In this document: positions 7,899-17,867 of the stretch, piece after piece
How the letters are laid out: every line of letters starts with the position of its first letter
Position numbering within the stretch: position 1 is the first letter of the stretch
Origin: an uncultured Gammaproteobacteria bacterium
GTDB lineage: Bacteria; Pseudomonadota; Gammaproteobacteria; GCA-002705445; GCA-002716945
Length of the DNA: 64,000 nt
Reading direction: 5' to 3'
Assembly: GCA_905479195.1 (NCBI GenBank)
Contig: CAJQLO010000001.1
Location: 368,694-432,693, forward strand
The notes under the pieces: model-generated
Databases searched by the model: none
Seen by the model: only the letters and a program-made list of their open reading frames with translations
Told to the model about the DNA's origin: nothing
Made by a program: the position numbers and the translations under genes

Positions 7899-9553
7899 TG
7901 CTTTCTTTTATATTTGCAATCATTAACATAAACAGGGCTGCCTACCAGGCTATTCATTTCATCATCGCTTAATATATAGTTATCTAATTTCATTGTATGA
8001 TATTTTTCAAAAAACTTACCTAAATCTTTTTCAATTGATTTATCATAATCTGGCTTAACAGTATGGGTTTTGCCCCAAACATATTCTTTTATTTTTCCAT
8101 TTTCTACAACTATTTTTCCATCTTTAATAACTAGAGATGGATGAGCAAACATCTCTTCTATATCTTTTTTATTTTTATCATAAACGGTTATGTCTGCATC
8201 AGATCCCTCAGATAGATTACCTTTCTCTTTTAACCCTAAAATTTTTGCGGGCGCTGATCTTGTCATGATGGAAATTTCGTTTAATGTATATTCTCTCTTA
8301 AGGGTGTGAAGAATAGTATGATTAAGAATTTCTTTTGGTAGTTGATTTAAAATATCATTACGAAAAGTTTTATCCATTAATAATTTAATCAAATGAGGAT
8401 ACGAGGTAAATGGTGCCCCATTAGGATGATCTGTAGTTAAAAAAACTTTCCAAGGATCTTCGGCTAATAAAAATATTTCTAAACCTATAGCCCATTGAAG
8501 AGCATTTACAAAACTTTTATCTTTATATTTAAAAGGAACTACGCCGCACCCTGCGTCACATTCTATGTCCATACACATCCATTTATTTGGATGAGCATGA
8601 TTATGGTTTCTATATTGAGACATACTATCACCAGACATAGTTACAGTTTGTCCAAACATTATTTGTCCTACATCACAAGTTAGATTCTCTATCTTATTTA
8701 AGTAGTTTGAAATTTCTACTGCTGCTGAAGAAAAACCCTTATCTCCATTATTGCCATAACTTTGAAATTGTATATGAGTTAAGTGAATTGGTAATCCATT
8801 CGCAGCTTTTATAGTTTCTATTGTCGATAGAAAATTTCCAGGAATACCTAAGTTACTGCAATGTACGTGTAATGGGTGAGGAACTCCCAAATCATATATT
8901 GCTCTTGTGAGCTTCTCCACTATTTCTCTTGGTGTTATACCATAGTATTTAGATTTCTCATCAACATTTAAGGCTCTTTGATTAAACTTAAATGCATTAA
9001 TGCCACCAGGATTAACAACTTTTATTCCCAAGGATTGTGTTGCACTTAAAATAAAAGCAACATAATCATTTATTGTTGATTGACTAGATTTCTTCCTTAG
9101 CAAATCTAAAAAGTAATCATCATTTCCTAGTAAAGCGTAACCGCCTTTATCAATAAATGGAATATCTGACATCTCTGCATGAGCTTGCCTTGCATTTATA
9201 GGTAGTAGAGCTGGTTCAAAACAAGTTGTATAACCCATTTCTATATACTTTAATCCAGTTTTAAGAGTAGATGGGGCAATAATAGCCGAAGAATCATATC
9301 CGGGTTCTTTTTCGTTATGAAATTCTTCCAGCATTAATCTTGCAATGTTAACCTTTCCTCCACCAATATGAGTATGAAGATCAATAGCTCCTGGCATTAT
9401 TATTTTATCTGAGCAATTTATGATTTTATCAACCTTAGACCTAACATTTTTCTTATCAATAATTTTTCCATCTTGAATAAAAATATCTTTTTTTACATTA
9501 GATATTTTGTTATGAGGGTCGTATACATTTCCAGATTTTAATTGTGTAATCAA
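7895..9553 (-). CDS. fhcA: formylmethanofuran dehydrogenase subunit A homologue (amidohydrolase superfamily; FhcA)
   Basis: 552 aa with an amidohydrolase metal-binding signature (PGAIDLHTHIGGG). Position between fhcB and fhcD. Confidence 0.8.
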   Translation of the reverse strand: MITQLKSGNVYDPHNKISNVKKDIFIQDGKIIDKKNVRSKVDKIINCSDKIIMPGAIDLHTHIGGGKVNIARLMLEEFHNEKEPGYDSSAIIAPSTLKTGLKYIEMGYTTCFEPALLPINARQAHAEMSDIPFIDKGGYALLGNDDYFLDLLRKKSSQSTINDYVAFILSATQSLGIKVVNPGGINAFKFNQRALNVDEKSKYYGITPREIVEKLTRAIYDLGVPHPLHVHCSNLGIPGNFLSTIETIKAANGLPIHLTHIQFQSYGNNGDKGFSSAAVEISNYLNKIENLTCDVGQIMFGQTVTMSGDSMSQYRNHNHAHPNKWMCMDIECDAGCGVVPFKYKDKSFVNALQWAIGLEIFLLAEDPWKVFLTTDHPNGAPFTSYPHLIKLLMDKTFRNDILNQLPKEILNHTILHTLKREYTLNEISIMTRSAPAKILGLKEKGNLSEGSDADITVYDKNKKDIEEMFAHPSLVIKDGKIVVENGKIKEYVWGKTHTVKPDYDKSIEKDLGKFFEKYHTMKLDNYILSDDEMNSLVGSPVYVNDCKYKRKQ

Positions 9554-9562
9554 GATTTCTTC

Positions 9563-10813
9563 CTATGCTAAGTTATCTAATATATTTTGCGTAGACGGTA
9601 ATTTAATATCTCTAATTTTTTTTAATGCGACAGAGACCACTTTATCAGTTCTAAACATTATACCTTCATAGTCAATTCCAGGTATACCTACAGGTATAAA
9701 AATATCAGGTGTCGAAGTAAAAGTAGTATTTGGATGACCTAAAACTATATTGGTAATATCGCTATTAATCTTTAATTTCCCAGAATTAATAGTTGAAACA
9801 TGAATTACCACATCCACATTTTTTTCATCTATTAATTTTTGGCTATTGAATGCATTACGGTCATGTTTAAAAGTCCCGTCCATATGTTTTATGCTAGATG
9901 GAAATCCAGTCATCCATGTTAATGCTTGCGAAGAAGTTTCGTCAGCGAGAATTCCTGATATTGGCATACATGCCGCTCTAGATGATACGTTAAGATCAAC
10001 AATATACTTACAAATAGCAGCAATTATTTTTTTTGGGTTAAGAGTTTTGATGAAATCTGAAGCAGTCCATGTTGCGACTATATATTTGGATTTATTAAGA
10101 ATATTTTTAATCTTAATAAGCTCGCTTTTTTTCAGTCCTTTTAATAACTTTAAGTCATCAGTAGCAAGTAATTTTAAAAAATCACCAACTAGATTTAAGT
10201 CTAGCTTGATGTTTGTGATATTACATTTTCCTTTCCCTTTAATATTTTTAACAATCTTTGCGGAAAAATTACCAATCAATATAATCTCTTTTTTGCTTGT
10301 AGGGAATAAGCTATTTTTGGGAGTTAATACTTTATCGATTAATCTTGGTGTTTTAGTCAAAACTTCATTACCAAATATAATAATGGCATCAGCCCGATTT
10401 TTAGTTTCAGTCAATGAGGTAGCCATATACCCAGTTCTTTGAACAACCCCAATATTTTGATATAAAAATTTAGAATTAACATGATCAACTATACAGTTTC
10501 GTTGTGATGCAAAACTTAATATTGATCTTAGTCCGGCTAATTCTACCCCATGATTTAAAATTAATGTTTCATTATGCCCTTTAATAAGATTTGAAATTTT
10601 TTTTAATGCTTCTGACAGCTTAACTACTTTTTTACCTACCATAGGCATGACTATACTTTTTGTATTTAGGTTATAAGATTCAATTTTTTTAGCACAAACA
10701 GTATTTTTTTGGTCAACCTTATATTGGTCATTTGTCGTTGTTACACTTATATCATCACAATGCATAGAGCAGAAAGGGCATGTTAAGTTTTTAATATTAT
10801 TTTGGCTAGTCAT
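9563..10813 (-). CDS. fhcB: formylmethanofuran dehydrogenase subunit B homologue (FhcB)
   Basis: The N-terminal LTCPFCSMHCDD...C motif aligns with the FwdB VVCPFCGTLCDD Fe-S motif, and a TKNRADAIIIFG block matches FwdB VKNRADVVVYWG. 416 aa. Confidence 0.8.
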   Translation of the reverse strand: MTSQNNIKNLTCPFCSMHCDDISVTTTNDQYKVDQKNTVCAKKIESYNLNTKSIVMPMVGKKVVKLSEALKKISNLIKGHNETLILNHGVELAGLRSILSFASQRNCIVDHVNSKFLYQNIGVVQRTGYMATSLTETKNRADAIIIFGNEVLTKTPRLIDKVLTPKNSLFPTSKKEIILIGNFSAKIVKNIKGKGKCNITNIKLDLNLVGDFLKLLATDDLKLLKGLKKSELIKIKNILNKSKYIVATWTASDFIKTLNPKKIIAAICKYIVDLNVSSRAACMPISGILADETSSQALTWMTGFPSSIKHMDGTFKHDRNAFNSQKLIDEKNVDVVIHVSTINSGKLKINSDITNIVLGHPNTTFTSTPDIFIPVGIPGIDYEGIMFRTDKVVSVALKKIRDIKLPSTQNILDNLA

Positions 10814-10896
10814 ATGGATATATTCTACATTATAACCATGTCACTTTGTACATAAAAGGTATAAAATATGGACGTGAATATACTATATCTATCACT

Positions 10897-11850
10897 ATGA
10901 ATAAGACTGTAAAAGAATTAAGTATCACTAGTCCATCCAGGTTACATCTTGGATTTTATGGTTTTGATGATAGCTATGGATATAAGTATGGGAGCATGGG
11001 ACTTGCAATTAATGCATATAAAACCTCTTTATCCATAAAAAAGTCAAAAATTTTTTCAAGCAATCTGCCAAAAAAGTTTACAACTCCAATTTTAAAATAT
11101 TTGAAGCTAAAAAAAGTTAGTAGTAATTTTGAAATTAACTTATTAAGTCAGCCGCCTAGCCATATAGGCTTAGGGTCTGGTTCACAACTATCATTATGTT
11201 TAGGAAAATCAATATTAATGCACCTTGGTATCAAGGCAAGTATCAGTGATATTGCTCGCATTTATGATAGAGGGGAAAGATCAGGCACAGGTATAAGAAT
11301 ATTTGAGAGAGGAGGTTTTGTTGTCGATGCTTGTAAAAAAGCAAACATGTTACCCGAGACAATGTTTAACTCTAAATTTCCTAGTAAATGGAAAATCATA
11401 CTTATTAATGATAATCAGCTAAAGGGAGCTTCTGGTGAGAAAGAAGTTAAATTTTTTAATAAGAATATTAAATTATCAAGACAGTATAAGGCCGAATTAT
11501 CACATATTGCCCTCAGAGGAATATTACCTTCAGTAATTTATAAGGATTTTGATAATTTTTCAAAAAATATTTCAGAATTTCAAAGGATCACATCTTTATT
11601 CTATAAGGATAAGCAGAAAGGTATTTTTTTAAGCCCTGATATCTCTAACATCATGGAATATATAGGAAATTATGATAATTTAGGGATGGGACAGAGCTCA
11701 TGGGGGCCAATGTCTTATATATTCGTTGAGTCTAGTTTGCATGCTAAAGAGCTTATAAGTATTATCCAAAATAAATTTAATGTGTATAATAACCTAACAT
11801 TTAAAATTGCAAGCTCATGGAATTCGGGCTATAAAATTAGTTACAAATAA
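10897..11850 (+). CDS. mptG: GHMP-kinase-fold protein, probable beta-ribofuranosylaminobenzene 5'-phosphate synthase (MptG-like; H4MPT biosynthesis)
   Basis: Start taken at MNKTVKEL (the ORF track extends to 10846). There is a GHMP-like Gly-rich loop (HIGLGSGSQLSL). The position is divergent from fhc, as for orf4/mptG in methylotroph H4MPT clusters. Confidence 0.55.
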   Translation: MNKTVKELSITSPSRLHLGFYGFDDSYGYKYGSMGLAINAYKTSLSIKKSKIFSSNLPKKFTTPILKYLKLKKVSSNFEINLLSQPPSHIGLGSGSQLSLCLGKSILMHLGIKASISDIARIYDRGERSGTGIRIFERGGFVVDACKKANMLPETMFNSKFPSKWKIILINDNQLKGASGEKEVKFFNKNIKLSRQYKAELSHIALRGILPSVIYKDFDNFSKNISEFQRITSLFYKDKQKGIFLSPDISNIMEYIGNYDNLGMGQSSWGPMSYIFVESSLHAKELISIIQNKFNVYNNLTFKIASSWNSGYKISYK

Positions 11851-11871
11851 ACAAGTAATGGAGATCTGATC

Positions 11872-12762
11872 ATGGAAAAACCTTTTTTATTACATATGAT
11901 AACACCTGAAAAGAACATCAGCCCTTTTGATGCGAATATGGCTTTTGACGCAGGTTGGGACTCTGTAATCCCATATACCAATATAGGAATGGATGAAATG
12001 CAAGGAATCGTTCAGGACACAATCTTTTCAAGATCCCCGTCTGCATTAAAGAGAACTGGAATTTTTATTGGTGGCAGAGATACACATATGGCGATGGATA
12101 TGATTGAAGAAGCAAAAAAGCATATGGTCCCACCATTTGAAGTACCTGTTTTTGCTGATCCTAGTGGAGCATTTACAACTGCAGCAGGAATGGTTGCCAT
12201 AACTGAAAAAGCTCTTAAAGACAAATTCTCTGAAAAATTTACAGGTAAGAAAATAGTAATCTTAGGTGGCACAGGACCTGTAGGTGTTGCCTCAGCTGTT
12301 ATCAGTGCTAAAGCAGGAAATAGTGTGTTATTAGTAGGAAGGAGTTTAGATAAAGCAGAGAGCATAGCAAAGATATGCAATGAGAAATACGGCTCAAAAT
12401 CTGTTACAGGAGCAGTTGACTCTGAGAAGAAATCATTTTTAATAGATGCTGATATTGTTTTTAATACTGGAGCAGCAGGCATTCAGTTGATGGATGACGA
12501 ATTAATCAAGAACGCAGTAAACTTAAAGATATGTGCAGATGTGAATGCTGTTCCTCCGGCAGGAATATCAGGAATAGATGCGATGGATAATGTTGTTCCA
12601 ATGAAGAACTCTAGCTCTGGCTGTTTTGGAATAGGAGCTTTAGCGATAGGAAACATTAAATATAAGTCTCAACATGATTGTCTAAAGCTAATGTATAGTT
12701 GCGATAAGCCGGTATACTTACATTTTGAACAAGCGTTTGAGTTTGCACAAAAAAATGTCTGA
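11872..12762 (+). CDS. mtdB: NAD(P)-dependent methylene-tetrahydromethanopterin dehydrogenase (MtdA/MtdB family)
   Basis: 296 aa. A Rossmann GxGxxG motif (ILGGTGPVGVASA) sits mid-protein and the N-terminal domain is typical of MtdA/B. Context is mptG upstream and mch downstream. Confidence 0.65.
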   Translation: MEKPFLLHMITPEKNISPFDANMAFDAGWDSVIPYTNIGMDEMQGIVQDTIFSRSPSALKRTGIFIGGRDTHMAMDMIEEAKKHMVPPFEVPVFADPSGAFTTAAGMVAITEKALKDKFSEKFTGKKIVILGGTGPVGVASAVISAKAGNSVLLVGRSLDKAESIAKICNEKYGSKSVTGAVDSEKKSFLIDADIVFNTGAAGIQLMDDELIKNAVNLKICADVNAVPPAGISGIDAMDNVVPMKNSSSGCFGIGALAIGNIKYKSQHDCLKLMYSCDKPVYLHFEQAFEFAQKNV

Positions 12763-13826
12763 TGATTAATGCTGTTGTTGTTATAAATTCAGACACAACA
12801 TATTTAGAAGAAAAATTTACATCCCTGGGGATCAAGGTTTTTGCTTTTGACCAATATTGTCATAATAACCTAGATAAAATTCAAGATATTACATATCTAG
12901 AATCATTTATAAACAATATCCTTATTGATTATCAGAATGTTGGCCTATTATATGGGTCTGGACTAGAAGACAAGCCTGAAATTTATGATTGCTTAAGACG
13001 AAAGTTAAGTATATTGGGTAATGATCCAAGAATTATTTCAAAGTGTAATGATTTAAGGCTGCTAACTAACACATTAGATGAGTGCAATCTCAAGTTTCCA
13101 GAATATGTAAACAATACTATAGGAATAAAAAAAAGATACCTATCAAAACCATTCAATAGTTCTGGAGGATATAATATAAACTTCAGTGAAAAATATAAAA
13201 AAAATCACTACCTTCAGGAGTATCTTGAAGGAGAAACATATTCAATATCATTCTTCAAGCATAAAGACAATTTTATTTTCTTAGGATTTAATAAGTTACT
13301 ACATCTTCGAAATTTTGACCCACATCCTTTTATACATGCAGGAGCATTAACGACTAATAAATTTTTAGAATCTACTAATATAATTAATTCATTTAAAAAA
13401 TTATCAGAAAAACTTTCAATGAATGGTTATAATAGTATTGATTTTAAAATACTAAATGAAGAAGTTTTTGTACTTGATATCAATCCGAGAATTACATCTA
13501 CATTCAAAATTTATAACGATACTTATAATAATGATTTATTGCATCTTATAATAAACCCTGGCCTTGATAAAAAACTAGAAAGTCATAATAATAATAAGTA
13601 TGCTTTCGTCCATATGTTTGTAAAAGAAGAGTATAAGTTTAAGAATTTTTTTATGGATGATCCTGAGTTTGTAAATCTCCCTAATGAAGGACAACATGTT
13701 GGGAAAAATCAGCCTTTATTATCAATATATCTAAATTCATTTTCAAATTTAGATTTAATGACAAGATTAAAAGAAAAAATTTCAATTACAACAAATCTTT
13801 ATAACTGCTATGATATAGATATCTAA
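12762..13826 (+). CDS. ATP-grasp family ligase (H4MPT/methylofuran biosynthesis, orf5/orf7/orf17-like)
   Basis: 354 aa with ATP-grasp architecture. Start overlaps the mtdB stop (ATGA). One of three ATP-grasp genes in the island. Confidence 0.5.
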   Translation: MINAVVVINSDTTYLEEKFTSLGIKVFAFDQYCHNNLDKIQDITYLESFINNILIDYQNVGLLYGSGLEDKPEIYDCLRRKLSILGNDPRIISKCNDLRLLTNTLDECNLKFPEYVNNTIGIKKRYLSKPFNSSGGYNINFSEKYKKNHYLQEYLEGETYSISFFKHKDNFIFLGFNKLLHLRNFDPHPFIHAGALTTNKFLESTNIINSFKKLSEKLSMNGYNSIDFKILNEEVFVLDINPRITSTFKIYNDTYNNDLLHLIINPGLDKKLESHNNNKYAFVHMFVKEEYKFKNFFMDDPEFVNLPNEGQHVGKNQPLLSIYLNSFSNLDLMTRLKEKISITTNLYNCYDIDI

Positions 13827-13829
13827 ATT

Positions 13830-14798
13830 ATGACTGAAAAAATAAGTATAAATAAGGTTGTTAAGCCACTAGTTGAAAAGCTCATTGAGACTGCAGATCA
13901 ATTAAATATCGGTGTCCATACTTCAGAAGGTGGAGCCAAGATTATTGATGCCGGCATTAATTATACTGGTTGTTTGGAGTCTGGACGGTTGATTACAGAA
14001 ATCTGTATGGGTGGGTTAGGTAGAGTATCCTTATCAATGACCTCTAATACCCCAAATTGGCCATTATCTATTCATGTGCATAGTACTAATCCAGTATTAA
14101 GTTGCTTGGCTAGTCAATATGCTGGCTGGAATCTTTCTTTTGTTAAGGAAGAAGATAACTTTAATGCACTTGGATCAGGTCCATGTAGAGCACTGGCACT
14201 AAAAGAAGATTTATTTAAAGATTTGGATTATTCAGATAAATTCTATTCAACAGTAGTTGTGTTAGAAGTTGATAAAAACCCACCACAAGAAATCATAGAT
14301 AAGATAACAAATGATTGTGGAATTAGTGAAAAGAATTTAACTGTTATTTTAACACCTACGAGGTCATTATCTGGCTCTGTGCAGGTTGTCGGAAGGGTTT
14401 TAGAAGTTGGTATGCATAAATTACATGAAATTGGATTCCCTTTAAACAAGGTCGTTGATGGATTTGGTTCAGCCCCAGTGCCACCACCCGCACCTGATTT
14501 TTTGATAGGAATGGGAAGAACTAATGATGCAATATTGTATGGAGGAATGGTCCATCTTTTTGTAGACGTGGATGATGATGAAGCATATGAGCTTGCCAAG
14601 AGACTACCTAGCTCAACATCGTCTGATTATGGAAAGCCATTTGCAGATGTGTTCAAAGAATACAAGTATGATTTTTATAAGATCGACAAGCTACTTTTTA
14701 GTCCGGCAAAAGTTATAGTCACAACAATTAAAACAGGAAAAACTTTTACAGAAGGATCTATAGATTTAGAATTAGTTGATAAATCATTTAATAAATGA
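13830..14798 (+). CDS. mch: methenyltetrahydromethanopterin cyclohydrolase
   Basis: 322 aa, the size and sequence character of Mch. Located in the H4MPT cluster between ATP-grasp genes. Confidence 0.8.
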   Translation: MTEKISINKVVKPLVEKLIETADQLNIGVHTSEGGAKIIDAGINYTGCLESGRLITEICMGGLGRVSLSMTSNTPNWPLSIHVHSTNPVLSCLASQYAGWNLSFVKEEDNFNALGSGPCRALALKEDLFKDLDYSDKFYSTVVVLEVDKNPPQEIIDKITNDCGISEKNLTVILTPTRSLSGSVQVVGRVLEVGMHKLHEIGFPLNKVVDGFGSAPVPPPAPDFLIGMGRTNDAILYGGMVHLFVDVDDDEAYELAKRLPSSTSSDYGKPFADVFKEYKYDFYKIDKLLFSPAKVIVTTIKTGKTFTEGSIDLELVDKSFNK

Positions 14799-15706
14799 GA
14801 AAAGTTCTTATCCTAACTGATCAAAAAGGTTGGCACTATAAGCAGCTAAAAAAATCTTTTGAAAATAGAGATATTTCTGTTGAGTCATCTAATTTAGATG
14901 ATCTCTCGATAGCTATTCAAGGTAAAAAAAATCAAATTATAAAAAATAATGGTGAGTTACTAACTAATATCACGGATGTCTTTGTTCGTCATATTCCTGG
15001 AGGAACCTTAGAAGAGGTGATTATCAATCTTAATATACTTAAGGTTTTTGAATCGCATAATATTAATGTAATGAATACATCTACAAATATTGAAACAACA
15101 GTTGATAAATCACTTACGTCTATAAAGCTAATGGAATCTGGTATTTTGACTCCAGACACCTGGGTAGTGAGAGGTAGAAGTAATTGTAAAAAAATTGTGA
15201 AAGATCTCCTCCCTAAACATGCTTTAATATATAAACCTTTATTTGGTTCTCAGGGTGATAATATAGTAAAAATTACAGCAGTTTCGGATTTTGATAAAAT
15301 TGTAAATGAAAGCAATATTTTCTATATACAGGAATTTCTTGAAACAAAACCTTCTCATGATTATAGAGTCTTGATAGCAAAAAATAAAAATAAAAAAATG
15401 GTCTATACTATGATGAGATATAGTGATTCTTATATCAATAATATATCAAAAGGAGCTATGTGTGTTTCGGTAAAGGCTGACAAAGATATAATTGAGACTG
15501 CGCTTAAGGCAGCATCAGTTATCAATATTCCATTCTGTGGCGTTGATATTATCAAACATAATAACAAGAATTATGTGATTGAATTAAACAGTATACCTGC
15601 ATGGAAAGGTATGCAGACCACACTTGAAAATAATATATCCGATGAAATCATAAATATATTTATTGGAAATACGATAAACAAATCATTCTTATCTGTTCTT
15701 AAGTAA
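14795..15706 (+). CDS. RimK-like ATP-grasp ligase (MptN-like tetrahydromethanopterin:glutamate ligase candidate)
   Basis: 303 aa RimK-family pattern. ATGA overlap with mch. Confidence 0.6.
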   Translation: MRKVLILTDQKGWHYKQLKKSFENRDISVESSNLDDLSIAIQGKKNQIIKNNGELLTNITDVFVRHIPGGTLEEVIINLNILKVFESHNINVMNTSTNIETTVDKSLTSIKLMESGILTPDTWVVRGRSNCKKIVKDLLPKHALIYKPLFGSQGDNIVKITAVSDFDKIVNESNIFYIQEFLETKPSHDYRVLIAKNKNKKMVYTMMRYSDSYINNISKGAMCVSVKADKDIIETALKAASVINIPFCGVDIIKHNNKNYVIELNSIPAWKGMQTTLENNISDEIINIFIGNTINKSFLSVLK

Positions 15707-15711
15707 GCCAT

Positions 15712-16590
15712 ATGTTTGATAACTTAAAATATCCAATCCTCAATGAAGATTCCAAAGAGTCTGTGCTTCGCAATGCTTACTTATATGCATGCCATAAAGA
15801 TATTGAAGTAATTAAGCCTGGAAATGTAAATATAAACTCATCTCATCATGATACTACCGCTAGTGACTATCTTATTAGTTCAATTAATAGTGGATCCGAG
15901 TTATTTCATGAAGAATATAGTTTGGGCGACCGAATCTTGAAAGCTGTTATTGCTACGAGAAATGAAACTTTAACCAATACTAACTTAGGTATTATCATGT
16001 TATGTGCACCCATCATACATGCGTTGGTGGAGTATAAGGGCTCAGACTTGAGAGAAGCTATCATAAAGACGATTGATGGTGCCACTCTCGATGATACTAT
16101 AAAAATATGCAAGGCGATTAATATCTCAAGCCCAGGAGGACTAGGTGACGCATCTAAGTTTGATACTAAATCTTTGCCTAATGTAAAATTAAGAGAAATA
16201 ATGAGTTATTCAGCTGGATATGATCGTATTTCATATCAATATCATAATAATTTCAAGGATATCCTTGATTTTATTCTCCCAAGTCTTGATAAAAATATGG
16301 TCAAGTATAAATCTACTGACATTTCAATATCCGTAACATTTCTCGAAATCTTAAGTAAAATCCCTGATTCGCATATTTCGCGTAAATTAGGTGAAGAAAT
16401 AGCAAAAAAGACTAGCAATCATGCCAATGATTTGTTAAAAATACAAGACAAGGATTGTAGTGAGGATTATCTGGTCAAACAGCTAAATGATCTTGATTAT
16501 GAATATAAGAAAAAAGGAATTAATCCGGGGACTACCGCAGATTTATTAGTCGCAAGTTTGATGATCCATAGGATTTTCAAAAGCGCATAA
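15712..16590 (+). CDS. CitG/MdcB-like triphosphoribosyl-dephospho-CoA synthase family protein (orf9-like, H4MPT cofactor biosynthesis)
   Basis: 292 aa. The family assignment comes from the pattern and from the conserved position of orf9-like genes in H4MPT clusters. Confidence 0.5.
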   Translation: MFDNLKYPILNEDSKESVLRNAYLYACHKDIEVIKPGNVNINSSHHDTTASDYLISSINSGSELFHEEYSLGDRILKAVIATRNETLTNTNLGIIMLCAPIIHALVEYKGSDLREAIIKTIDGATLDDTIKICKAINISSPGGLGDASKFDTKSLPNVKLREIMSYSAGYDRISYQYHNNFKDILDFILPSLDKNMVKYKSTDISISVTFLEILSKIPDSHISRKLGEEIAKKTSNHANDLLKIQDKDCSEDYLVKQLNDLDYEYKKKGINPGTTADLLVASLMIHRIFKSA

Positions 16591-16629
16591 TTCACGTATG
16601 AACCATTTAATATAAACAAGGAGATAAAA

Positions 16630-17148
16630 ATGGCAGTAATTGATAAAGTATTGGTCGGTGAAGGTTTGGTTGTTGAAGAAGGCGGAGACAATGAAATTGC
16701 TCATATCGATTTAATCATGGGACCACGTGGTTCTGCTGTAGAAGATGCGTTTTGTAATACACTTTGTAATAACAAAGATGGATTTACTTCGCTATTAGCT
16801 GTATGTGCACCTAATCTACCAACTAAACCAGCTACAGTAATGTTTAATAAAGTTACTATTAAAGGTGCTAAACAAGCAGTTCAAATGTTTGGACCAGCTC
16901 AAAGAGCAGTAGCTATGGCTGTTACAGATTCTGTGAAAGACGGAACAATTCCAGCAGCTGAAGCAAATGATATTTTCGTTTGTGTAGGTGTTTTCATCCA
17001 TTGGGATGCTAATGACGATGTTAGAATTTATGACTACAACTATAAAGCTACAATGATGGCTATTAAAGCTGCAGTTGCTGGCACGCCAACAGCTGAAGAT
17101 GTTGTTGCAGCGGCAGCAGATTCTTCTCACCCATACTCACCTAAGTAG
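16630..17148 (+). CDS. fae: formaldehyde-activating enzyme (condenses formaldehyde with H4MPT)
   Basis: Near-collinear identity to Methylobacterium Fae ([64 protein letters not shown]). SD AAGGAGA is present. GC-richer, high-expression-like codon usage. Confidence 0.92.
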   Translation: MAVIDKVLVGEGLVVEEGGDNEIAHIDLIMGPRGSAVEDAFCNTLCNNKDGFTSLLAVCAPNLPTKPATVMFNKVTIKGAKQAVQMFGPAQRAVAMAVTDSVKDGTIPAAEANDIFVCVGVFIHWDANDDVRIYDYNYKATMMAIKAAVAGTPTAEDVVAAAADSSHPYSPK

Positions 17149-17165
17149 TACTTAGAACAGTAAGA

Positions 17166-17864
17166 TTAACCAGCTCTATTTTTAGAGCTGGTTTTTTCTT
17201 TTTGGATCATATATTTTGTAATCTTATTCTGATGAATCATTGTTGAAACTAAAACTCCACTCGCACCAAAATGCTTTGCTCTTTTGATATCAAATATAGA
17301 TTTAATTCCACCAGCAATATAATAATCTTGGTTATTATTCCTAATAAATCTTCTAGCAAGTTTATAATTAATATTATTTTTTGAACCAACTTGAAGCAAG
17401 TCCATGAGTATAATTTTTGATGGGGATGCTTTTTGTTGTCTATATATAGGTTTCTCTCCTATATATTTTCCCATAAAATCAAATGAGCAGACACAATTAT
17501 TAAATTTATTTGATGAAAATTCATAGCCTTTTGATTTTTCACTGCAAAAAACAGGATAATAATTTCTATATTTCTTTTTTAATTTTATTTCTTTCAAACC
17601 AGAGTCAATCCAGAATTTAATTTTTGGAAATGAAGATAAGATATCATCATATATCTTCGGGTCTATGATGTTATGCATAATTGCATCTAAATCAGCAATG
17701 TATAATATCTTAGGAGAATACCTTTTTACAATTTGATCAATTATATCTCTTGGATCTGTACTATTGTATAATTTGTGGTTGATAGACTGATAATTATCTC
17801 TATCACCTTTAATTGCTCTAACCACTTGGTTATTAAGAATGTCTATAACAGGGATTATGTCCAT
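17166..17864 (-). CDS. HisA/HisF-like (beta/alpha)8-barrel protein of the H4MPT biosynthesis cluster
   Basis: N-terminus MDIIPVIDILNNQVVRAIKGD resembles HisA MIIPALDLIDGxVVRLxQGD. 232 aa. Confidence 0.5.
   Translation of the reverse strand: MDIIPVIDILNNQVVRAIKGDRDNYQSINHKLYNSTDPRDIIDQIVKRYSPKILYIADLDAIMHNIIDPKIYDDILSSFPKIKFWIDSGLKEIKLKKKYRNYYPVFCSEKSKGYEFSSNKFNNCVCSFDFMGKYIGEKPIYRQQKASPSKIILMDLLQVGSKNNINYKLARRFIRNNNQDYYIAGGIKSIFDIKRAKHFGASGVLVSTMIHQNKITKYMIQKEKTSSKNRAG
17169..17198 (+). terminator. rho-independent terminator after fae (perfect 9-bp stem ACCAGCTCT / AGAGCTGGT, then a T-run); it overlaps the last codons of the convergent minus-strand gene
   Basis: Inverted repeat plus TTTTTTCTTTTT, read directly from the sequence. 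Confidence 0.7.
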
Positions 17865-17867
17865 AGT

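Noticed and set aside
10846-10896. Upstream ATG for the mptG-like gene and the upstream ATGs at 17775 and 61981 for the ATP-grasp and yebC genes
   Set aside because: The downstream Met residues coincide with the conserved N-termini of the families (MNKTV..., MKKILIYEY..., MAGHSKW...) and avoid large overlaps with neighbouring genes.
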